DNA of 29,238 nucleotides from Octopus sinensis (Eukaryota): NCBI RefSeq assembly GCF_006345805.1, contig NW_021836223.1:1-29238 (forward strand), in the 5' to 3' direction. The notes under the pieces were generated by a model, which worked only from the letters and a program-made list of their open reading frames with translations, had not been told where the DNA came from and did not search any database. This document shows, piece after piece, positions 20,031 to 29,238 of this stretch (within the stretch, counting starts at the first letter, position 1; each line of letters begins with the position of its first letter). The position numbers and the translations under genes were made by a program.

Positions 20031-20289
20031 TATGTGCAAGTGTGTGCGTGTGCAAGTGTTTGGATGTCTCCCCGAAAATATCTGGCCGTTAATAAAGTAA
20101 CGAAAATTACTAAAGACGATAAAAGGAACAAAAGAATGTTTTTTTTATTATTTTATGAGGTGTGTGTGGGGGGGGGTACCTGTTATGTTCTGTTGTGCTC
20201 AATATATTAATGTAGTATATAAAATGAAAATATGAGATTTACGGATAATAAGATCGAGAACAAAAAAATATAAGCCTAACCGGAAAATT

Positions 20290-20365
20290 ATAGATATGCA
20301 TGTATATATATATATTATATATATATATATATATATAATATATATATGTGTGGTGTGTGTGTGTG

Positions 20366-20397
<32 letters not shown>

Positions 20398-20563
20398 TTA
20401 TATAATATATATATATATTATATATATATATATAATATTATATATATATATATATATATACACATATATATATACTATATATAATATATATATAATATAT
20501 ATATATGTATACATACATATATATATACACACACACACATATATACGCACACACATATATATA

Positions 20564-20601
<38 letters not shown>

Positions 20602-20815
20602 TAATATACGTGTGTGTACAATCAGATATATATAATCCGTCCTCTCTCTCTCTCTCTCATACCTCTCTCACTCATTCTCTTTCTCCTTGTAACTATCTAT
20701 GCTAATATATGTACGTACGTACGTATGTATGTATGTATGTATGTAATTACTCATGTATGTACGTATGAACGTATGCATGTATGTAGATAGAAACGAATAT
20801 ATATATATATAAGTA
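20290..20815. repeat. (TA)n/(TG)n/(CA)n/(CT)n/(TATG)n microsatellite field
   Basis: Direct reading. Confidence 0.92.
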
Positions 20816-20829
20816 TATTTGATAGCTAA

Positions 20830-21790
20830 CATCAAAAACCTCAAAAATATCTAATAAGACCATGATATTCTCGGACAAACCTAAGAAGATAGATGTAGAA
20901 CCTGCCTCCTACGATCAGTTTCTAAGTAACAACATCACCGAATATAAATCTACTGCAAGGAGTTGTGATTCCATTATCGTAAATACTGACTCTCACCGCA
21001 TAAATCTAAGTTTAGACTAAGATGACAGAATAGAAAAACGAACACGTTAGGCGTTTATCACCCGTGAAGGCCATAAAATAATTTTTAACCCATTCTTAAT
21101 TGTAGGATAATGAAGCCCGCCAAGTGAGAGATGGGTCTAGGTAAATAAAGTTGGTTAAAGTATATACGAAATAAAGGCAGCGCTTTGTTTACCCAAGTCG
21201 ATATCATCGGGTGTTGCCCTCCGAAGATCTTCTCACAAAGGTGCTAGATTTTGCTAAGATGTATACTCGTGTAGGTTGTCAAAGACTTGGAGATTATACC
21301 CCATGCCAGATAGATCTTAATCCTTGGTAAGGATTTAACTCAGGAGAGTCAGTTAGATCCAGAGGACAGCTTTAATATATGGACGGGATATTCTGATCTG
21401 AATGTTCATTGAATTATTTATGTTAGATGTCTTAAAAAGAGGATTGTCCTCTAGTACTTTTGATCTGCAAAGCTACCATCCGCTAGCCATCTCCAGCCAC
21501 GCTAATAGACATACGTTAGACAGGGTACGAAAATAGTTTATGGAGATACTTAATCCCCTGTCCAAAGGATTACTATTTGTGCTAAACTAAGAATAATCGA
21601 TTTTCTGCAGATCAATATAGAACTTAGCACTATCAATTCTTCTTCGTAAGCTAGAATTCGAAAACCTCGTGAAATGTGTAACAGAATCGCCAATCTCTCA
21701 TCCAATAAAAAAAGATATTTGGTACAGCGACCACTACAGCTCTAAATAAGCGGCCTCAGCTTCCAGGTCGCATTGGTTCCATGTCAGCTA
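20830..21790 (+). mobile_element. Highly degraded Penelope-like element reverse transcriptase relic
   Basis: Across stops and frameshifts: MIFSDKP..EPASYDQFLSNNIT..DDRIEKR..AFIT.EGHK..NCRIMKPAK*EMG..SWLK..EDLLTKVLDFAK..KDLEII.HAR..FMLDVLK..HTLDRVRK..RITI..LRIIDFLQI..NRIANLSSNK. The order matches PLE RTs of marine invertebrates (AFITLKDHK, CRLINPAKSEIG, VDFLD, LSS). The catalytic YxDD site is degenerate. Confidence 0.8.
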
Positions 21791-21884
21791 ACTTCCTTTT
21801 CTCAACTACAACTTTAACCTTTATATCTTCCAACCCCGTTGATTATTCACCAGTACAATAACCTGTTCCTTTTTCTTTTTACCA

Positions 21885-22075
21885 TCGGAAACTTCACCAG
21901 ACCCATTTTCTGGACTTCTCATCAACACCCACCTCCCTTAAAATCCCATGAACTACCATGTGTGGGGTGCCGTTGAGAAAGACACCGACCATTCTGCATG
22001 CATCACCAAGGCCGATCTGGTGGGCAAGATCAAGAAGGAGTCCAAAGACCTTCCTAGGGGAGATCAAAAACCTTT
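21885..22075 (+). mobile_element. Tc1/mariner-superfamily transposase C-terminal fragment
   Basis: NFTRPIFW..(frameshift)NPMNYHVWGAVEKDTDHSACITKADLVGKIKK..DLPR matches the W-P-x-x-S-P-D-L-N-P-(M/L)-D-Y-x-x-W region after the third catalytic residue. No TIR was seen. Confidence 0.78.
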
Positions 22076-22081
22076 CAGGGA

Positions 22082-22140
22082 GATGCTCCAGTATAGCCTC
22101 AGTCAAATGATTGAAATAAGTAAAACGATAAAACGAAAAC
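22082..22140 (+). mobile_element. 3' tail fragment of CORE-type SINE family A
   Basis: gatgctccagtatagcctcagtcaaatgattgaaataagtaaaa resembles gtgctccagcatggccgcagtcaaatgactgaaacaagtaaaa. Confidence 0.7.
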
Positions 22141-22239
22141 GATATATATATATATGGTATGTATGCATATATGTGTATATGTATATGCATATGTGTGTCT
22201 GTGTATGTATATATGTATATACACACAAACACACATACG

Positions 22240-22955
22240 TTCTTTTATTCTTTTACATTTTTTCAGTCAGTTGATTGCGGCCATGCTGTAGTACCGCCTC
22301 TAGTCAAGCAAATCGACGCCAGGACTTATTCATTGTAAGCTTAGTAATTATTCTATCGGTCTCTTTTGCCGAACCGCTAAGTTACGGGGACTCAAACACA
22401 CCAGCATCGGTTGTCAAGCGAGGTTCGGTGTACAAACACACAAACGCATACACCCGAATATAAAATAAGTATATATATATATAATATATATTATTATATT
22501 ATATATTTATATACAACGGGCTTCTTTCAGTTTCCTATTTCTTTACTACCCACAAGGGGCTAACCCAGAGAAGAGAAACAAGGCAGGGACAAAGAGATTA
22601 AGTCGATTACATCGACCCCAGTGCGTCACTGGTTCTTAATTATCGACCCCGCAAGGATAAAGGCAAAGTCGACCTCGGCGGAATTTGAACTCAGAACGTT
22701 ACGGCAGACGAAATACGGCTACGCATTTCGTCCAGCGTCCTAACGTTTCTGCCAGCTCGCCGCCTTAATTCAGTTTCTTTCAGTTTCGGCTTAATTCGGC
22801 TTCTCTCAGTTTCCGCCTACTAAAACCACTCGCAAGGCTTTGGTCGGCCCGACACTGTAGTAGGAGACACTTGTCCAATGTGTCATGCAGTGGGACTGAA
22901 CCCAGAACCATGTCGTTAGTAAGCAAGCTACTTACCACGCAGCCACTCCTGCACC
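22240..22955 (-). mobile_element. CORE-type SINE family A split into 22240-22535 and 22798-22955 by a nested SINE
   Basis: Both halves align with family A and rejoin at ggcttctttcagtttcc. Confidence 0.88.
22536..22765 (-). mobile_element. Full-length Meta-domain-like SINE nested in the CORE SINE
   Basis: Reverse complement begins aaggcggcgagctggcagaaacgttag and ends ttgtgggtagtaaagaaata. A 17-bp TSD lies at 22519-22535 / 22798-22814 with 1 mismatch. Confidence 0.9.
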
Positions 22956-23156
22956 TATATATTTAAGGTATAATCTGTTAAGAGGTTAATAGAGTACTCT
23001 ATAAAACTCGTCTGCACGCCTGGAGAACTACGTTGCGCAGAAACAATTGTAGTGATTGAAAATAAACGTCCAACAGTACTCCTTCTTGTTGACTCCGGAT
23101 TTTTTCAATTATATACATATATATGCATAAATACACAGACAGACACATATATGTAT

Positions 23157-23325
23157 ACGAAGGGATTCTACTCAGTTTCTGCCTACGAAATACGCTGACA
23201 AAGCATAGGTCATCTCACACATTTTGTAGAAGACATTTACCTAAGGTAAGAGCAGCAAAGGGCGATTGAACGCGAAGCCAAGTGATTGTCAAGTGAGCTT
23301 CTTAACAACACGGTCAAACCTGAGT
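23157..23325 (-). mobile_element. Old, diverged 5' half of CORE-type SINE family A
   Basis: tcagtttctgcctac..caaagc..gtagaagacatttacctaagg..gcttcttaacaacac resembles 22807-22945. Confidence 0.6.
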
Positions 23326-23579
23326 TTATGAAAGAGAATTCAGTTAGAACCCGACATGATGTAGAGACAAATGTAAAAACAAGCAAGTACCCGTAATATA
23401 ATTGGGTTCATTAAGTTGACAATAGTTCACTTCATAGACGAGTGTGACCTCGGTATAATATCAGAAATCGATACTCAATTAGTATTGATGGCATATGGAG
23501 GCTGGAACAATAGTGTGGACTGGAAGAGAGTCCCAAAGGGATTAAGAATATACGCCTGTTTGCAGTTCTACGACTGTTT

Positions 23580-23593
23580 ATATATAATATATA

Positions 23594-23632
<39 letters not shown>

Positions 23633-23833
23633 ATACATGTTCATATATATGTATATATATATAATATATATATATATATAGTATATATATATACATACAG
23701 ATGCGTACATACATATATATACATATACATATATACTATATATATACATGTGTATACACGCATTCGCATGTATGCATATACCCATATATTTTATATATAA
23801 TATATATATATATATAATATATGTATGTATGTA

Positions 23834-23879
<46 letters not shown>

Positions 23880-24050
23880 TATATATATAATATATATATA
23901 TAATAATATATATATAGGTAGATACATACATCATACACACAAACACACAAATATATATATATTTACAAAAATACACGAATACAAACGCGTGTGTATGTGT
24001 GTATGTGTGTGTGTCTGTGTGTGTGCGTGTGTGTGCTTATGTGTGACTTT
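23580..24050. repeat. (TA)n/(CA)n/(TG)n microsatellite field
   Basis: Direct reading. Confidence 0.92.
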
Positions 24051-24159
24051 TTATAAACGTTGCCATTTGTGATACTACTACTTCTATAACAACAAAAAGT
24101 ACGACCACGACCACAATGATTACTGCTGCTGCTGATACTACTACTAATTTTAATAAGGA

Positions 24160-24506
24160 TAACTAATAATAATAATAATAATAATAATGATAACAATGAC
24201 AATTATTTATTTTTCTTCCTTTTATTCTTACTACTTTTGTTATTTCGCCATTGTTATTTATAGTGTCAATATGATCAGCACCAACACCACCACCATCGTC
24301 GTAGTCATCATCGTCTTCATCATTATCATCACCATCACCATCACTATAATCGTCGCCGTTTCTGTCGTCGTCGTCATCATAATTGTTATTGGCACCCTTT
24401 TCCTTCTCCTCTTCATCACCGTCGTCAACCCCACTAACATCATAGTCAACAATATTTTTACCAACTTCATCGTCATCATCGTCATCATCACCGTTATCAA
24501 CATCAA

Positions 24507-24537
<31 letters not shown>

Positions 24538-24843
24538 GTGGTCGTCGTCGTCATCGTGTTTATTCACGTCACCGCCGCCGCCATTAACATCATCGACTTG
24601 GAAGTCATCATCACCAAGTTTATGATCATCATCATCGTCTGCATCATCATCATCATCACTATCACCGTCATCATCATCATCATCATCACCATCATCGTCA
24701 TCATCCTTTTTATTCACCTCTCCGCCGCCGCCGTAAACATCATAGTCTTGGTCGTCACAATCATCAAATTTAACATCACAATGATTATTCTCGTCGTCAG
24801 CACCGTCGCCATCATCATCATCGTCATCATCATCATCATCATC

Positions 24844-24875
<32 letters not shown>

Positions 24876-25055
24876 GACGTCGTCGTCGTCATCATCATCA
24901 TCATCATCACCACCATCATCATTTTTATTCACGTCACCGCCGCCGCCCACGTCTTGGCCGTCATTATCATCAACTTTATCATCATCAATACCATCATCAT
25001 CGTCATCATCGTCGCCATCATCATCATCAACATCATCATCATCATCGTCGTCGAA
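24160..25055. repeat. Low-complexity (CAT)/(CGT)/(CAC) trinucleotide field with higher-order repeats
   Basis: Direct reading. It explains the 315-aa plus ORF and the poly-Asp minus ORFs. Confidence 0.9.
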
Positions 25056-25224
25056 CGTATGTTATGTTTGCACTCGGTTAAGTTATGTTATTATATTGTA
25101 TTTTCAATGCAATATTGTCTCTTGTGTCTTTTGATAATGCCTTTCATTTCAGTTTAAATAGCAGGTAAATAGTAAAAAACACGCAGAACAATGCAAAACA
25201 GACAAATATAATTCTCCTTTTCCC

Positions 25225-25382
25225 GCTCTCTCTCTCTTCCTCCTCCCTTCTCTCTCTCTTCTTTCTTTCTTTCCCCTCTCTCTCTCTCATTCTTTCTCCT
25301 CAGCATGAAAGCACGCACATACCCACGACATATACACATGTATATACATACATATATATATAATATAACATATATATATATC

Positions 25383-25416
<34 letters not shown>

Positions 25417-25523
25417 TATATAATATATAATATATAGTATAGTTATATATATGTATATATGTATATGTATACACATTTGTATATAAGTATATGCACACAT
25501 ATATACATTTATATAGTAGAAAT

Positions 25524-25560
<37 letters not shown>

Positions 25561-25726
25561 TGCGTGGTACGTGTGTATGTGTATGAATATATGTAATACA
25601 CTTTACAAATGTCCTCATAGAAGAGAAAGAAAGAAACACACACGCTCACACACACACATAAATATAACACAAATACATACATGCATATATATATATATAT
25701 ATATATATATACGTATACATACACGT

Positions 25727-25772
<46 letters not shown>

Positions 25773-25825
25773 CACATTAATATTTATATATATATAATAT
25801 ATATATTATATATATATATATTATA

Positions 25826-25856
<31 letters not shown>

Positions 25857-25870
25857 GATGTATATATATA
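25225..25870. repeat. (CT)n/(TA)n/(TG)n/(CA)n microsatellite field
   Basis: Direct reading. Confidence 0.9.
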
Positions 25871-26419
25871 TTATTTGTAATAAGTGATTATTGTAAATTA
25901 GTAATTGTTATAAATCGTTATTGAAAAGCGTAAAACTGTCGTTCCTCTTACTGCATATTATTTGGACATTGTTCCATGCTGTCATAAATTGGTCATTCTT
26001 GTAACGGCATTCTCTTGCAATACTATTATCACCATTGTTTCTATCTCTCTTTTGTTGAATGGTGGCAGCAGTTCGAAAAGGAATAAGAGAATAAACAATG
26101 CCTCATACCATCCCTCCAAACAAATGCAACAACACTGAGAACAACAAACGCCAACAGAGGCATTTCAACGTTTTTGCTTTGCCTTTTGTGCCTAAGTAGT
26201 GTCATACTGTTTGTGTATGCGCGCATGTGTGAGTGTGTATAACTGTGTGTGTATATAATTGTGTGTGTATGCGTACGTGTGTGTGTGTGTCATTATGAAT
26301 GTGTTGTATGTGTATGTTTGAGTGTGTCTGTCTGAGCGTTCGTCTGTAAGTTTGGGTTTGTGTTTTATATATATTTTTCTCTTAATAGGTGTTTATGTAT
26401 TTATCTGTCAATCTATCTT

Positions 26420-26465
26420 TCTATGTATGTATGTATGTATGTATGTATGTATGTATGTATGTATG

Positions 26466-26513
<48 letters not shown>

Positions 26514-26554
26514 GATCGATCCGTCTCTCTGTTTGTATGTCTGTCTATCAATCA

Positions 26555-26609
<55 letters not shown>

Positions 26610-26908
26610 GATCCGTCTCTCTGTTTGTATGTCTGTCTATCAATCAATCTATCTATCTATCTATCTATTTATCTATCTACCTACATATCGACCGGTCTAT
26701 CTCTCTCTCTCTATTTCTCTCTAAACACACACATACAATATATATATATTGATTCAAACGCACACACTCACATATAGATATACATATATACATATTTATG
26801 ATACATTCTATCTCTCGATATCTATTCTCTCTCTATTATATTTTAAATTATATATATATGTGTGTGTGTGTATATGCATAAATATGTAAATATATCTATA
26901 TATATATG

Positions 26909-26953
<45 letters not shown>

Positions 26954-27030
26954 ACCATACACATACATACATACATAGTATATATATTTATATATTTATA
27001 TCTATATATATGCATACGTACGTACATACA

Positions 27031-27064
<34 letters not shown>

Positions 27065-27070
27065 GACGCA
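26420..27070. repeat. (TATG)n/(TATC)n/(TA)n/(TACA)n microsatellites
   Basis: Direct reading. Confidence 0.9.
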
Positions 27071-27186
27071 CACTCACACATGCGCACACAGTCACGCTTA
27101 CAGACACATGTACATGGAGGCATATAGATTTTTTTTACACATATCTTTGTGCGTTTACATTCTCAAGCACACACACAGATATATGT

Positions 27187-27450
27187 GGAGACGCAGTGGC
27201 CCAATGGTTAGAGCAGTGGACTCGTCATTTCGATTCCCAGACCGGGCGTTGCGCGTGTTTATTGAGCGAAAACCCCTAAAGCTCCACGAGGCTCCGGCAG
27301 GGGGTGGAGGTAACCCTTGTTGTACTCTTTCGTCCCAACTTTCTCTCACTCTCTCTTCCTGTTTCTTGAGTAACGCTGCGATGGACTGGCGTCCCGGGAA
27401 ACCGGGCCCATGAGCTTTGTTAGGCTTGAAAAAGGGCGCGTAAAAATAAA
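27187..27450 (+). mobile_element. V-like-domain tRNA SINE (third, diverged copy)
   Basis: gtggcccaatggttagagcagtggactcg..cagaccgggcg..ggctccggcag..caactttctctcac..gctgcgatggactggcgtcccgggaaaccgg. Confidence 0.82.
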
Positions 27451-27629
27451 TAATATATATATATATACATACATACTAACAGGTGCTTAGCTAATACTGC
27501 TATGTATGCCAATATAGGTAATGATGTTTTACCGTGTCCTTACAACACAATGCACAATGCAACATGTAAACAGGCATGTGCAAGTATGCACATTTGTTAT
27601 GCATGTATATACAAAATATACACTCAAAT

Positions 27630-28125
27630 GTAAATACATACATACATACACATACATAAATTTATATGCAATACATATAAATATGTGTATGTATCTATAT
27701 ACATATATATTTGAATATATATGTATATACATATATATATATATATAAATATATATATATATTTTATATATATATATACATACATACATACATTTATACA
27801 TGTATATATATATATATATATCCATATGTATATCTGTATATTTCTGTATCGATGTATTTGTATTCATTTATGAATGTATGTATGTATGTATGTATGTGTA
27901 CATGTATATACACAATACACACACGCGCGCTTATATATATACATATATATAGAAGTATATATGCATATATATATATATATCTTTATAATTATTATATATA
28001 TATATATGTGTGTGTGCGTCTATATTTGTATCAGAGTACTTGTATGTATTTATAACTGTATGTATGTATGTATGTATGTATGTATGTATGTATGTATGTA
28101 TGTATGTATGTATGTATGTATATGC
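27630..28125. repeat. (TA)n/(TATG)n microsatellite field
   Basis: Direct reading. Confidence 0.9.
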
Positions 28126-28639
28126 GTGTATATTTGCGTGTGTACTAGTTTAGATTTTTAAAATTGTTGGTTTTGTAAACGAAGATAATGCTTCTAATTA
28201 TGAATCTATACACACAACACACACAACACACACACACACACTCAAACACTCTCTCACACACACGCACGCACATACGGAGACATAATTGATATTTAAAATA
28301 TATCATGTAAGCACAATAAACTGAAAACGTAGCAATTCATACATACATATGTATATATGTTCCGGTATCTTTGCGTTGCTTTTGTGTTATGTGTGTTTAT
28401 GTGTGTGCGCGCGAGTGTGTGTCTGTGTGTGTGGTGTGTGTGAAAGTGTGTGTATGTGTGTGTGTGCAATTGTTCCTCTCGGTAGTTTTACAATGACACA
28501 ATAAGAGCCTATATTTGCTGAGACATGTTGATTGTGCTTAGTATGCAGAATAAAAGGCAAAACTGACATCACTACACATGATATGTGTGTATATATATAT
28601 GCGATATATGTGTGTGTGCATATAGAAACTCGACTTTAA

Positions 28640-28740
28640 AAGATTAAGTCCGGGGGTAGACTTGCTCGACTAAAGGCAGTGCTGCAGCATGGCCGCAGTC
28701 AAAATGACTGAAAGAAGTAAAAGAGTAAAAGAATAAAAGA
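28640..28740 (+). mobile_element. 3' fragment of CORE-type SINE family A
   Basis: aagtccgggggtagacttgctcgactaaaggcagtgctgcagcatggccgcagtcaaaatgactgaaag followed by the (taaaagag) tail. Confidence 0.85.
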
Positions 28741-28754
28741 GAGAGGAAAGTATT

Positions 28755-29238
28755 TGTCCCTAAATCTTTCAAACGAGTCCACCACACATATTCTTTCGCC
28801 ATAGCCAACAATAAGATGAAAACTGCCTTGCCTTCTCGGTTAAAGGAAGATGGCGCGGCAATATGGACGATCTGACAACCGAATTCGTCCCACACGGGTC
28901 AGCAGCTGTTCGGCATAGGCCCATAGGTCTAAAACATTTGGACACTGCATGACTGCGTGGAATATGGTTTCGTCGTTTTGACCGCATCTCGGTCACGTCG
29001 GTCCGGTGTTTCTTGAATAGCGTCTGTAGACCTTATCTCGAACAAACAATGCTTCCCAATAGCACTGCCAGGCCAGGGATCTCAGGAAATTGTCCATAGG
29101 TCCTGGCCTGAAAGCGGTCCTGAAGAGGCGGCTCAGGTATTCCTCGTCGACGCCCAGAGAACGTCGTCGTACATCCGCTCCACTAATCCTCTATAGAACG
29201 CTTTAGTGGAATTGAAATCGCAGAAGTTTGAACCCTAA
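28755..29238 (-). mobile_element. Tx1/L1-clade LINE ORF2 C-terminal fragment (pseudogenised); runs off the window edge
   Basis: STKAFYRGL..LGVDEEYLSRLFRTAFRPGPMDNFLRSLAWQCYWEALFVRDKVY..GPT*PRCGQNDETIFHAVMQC. This is a C-x2-C-x8-H-x4-C knuckle whose first Cys codon is now TGA. After a frameshift it continues ..VFILLLAMAKEYVWWTRL. Confidence 0.82.

Noticed and set aside
23377-23580. Non-repetitive open frame TIVHFIDECDLGIISEIDTQLVLMAYGGWNNSVDWKRVP
   Set aside because: No recognisable domain, no ATG start or good splice sites, and it runs into (TA)n; a ~65-codon open stretch is expected by chance.
24187-25134. 315-aa ORF (longest in the track) and overlapping poly-Asp ORFs
   Set aside because: They are translations of (CAT)/(CGT) repeats that lack stops by composition; no domain or signal peptide is evident.
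29232-29238. Telomere-like ACCCTAA at the window end
   Set aside because: It is a single unit lying within the Tx1-like coding relic, not an array.

Overview
Eukaryotic, gene-poor, repeat-saturated window. The SINE families and extreme microsatellite load point to a coleoid cephalopod, most likely Octopus; this is inferred from repeat content, not from a database hit. I recognise no host protein-coding exon, rRNA, true tRNA gene or CRISPR array. Nearly all ORFs in the supplied track are translations of microsatellites. A large share of the window is simple repeats. The rest is mostly decayed mobile DNA: three kinds of tRNA-derived SINE (CORE-type, Meta-domain-type, V-like-domain type), two different RLE-type non-LTR retrotransposon 3' ends, a Penelope-like (PLE) reverse transcriptase relic plus several PLE-like termini, an RTE-like 3' end with an internal ~60-bp minisatellite, a Tc1/mariner transposase fragment and a Tx1/L1 ORF2 3' fragment. 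The stand-out observation is a structurally complete type I hammerhead ribozyme on the minus strand (core 7830-7878, extended stem I 7811-7896). It is followed on the same strand by a decayed second hammerhead-like core and an 80-bp-arm inverted repeat, ending at a (TA)n tract. All alignments, translations and folds were done by eye, so element boundaries are approximate (about +/-10-20 nt). Some frameshifts may be sequencing errors.
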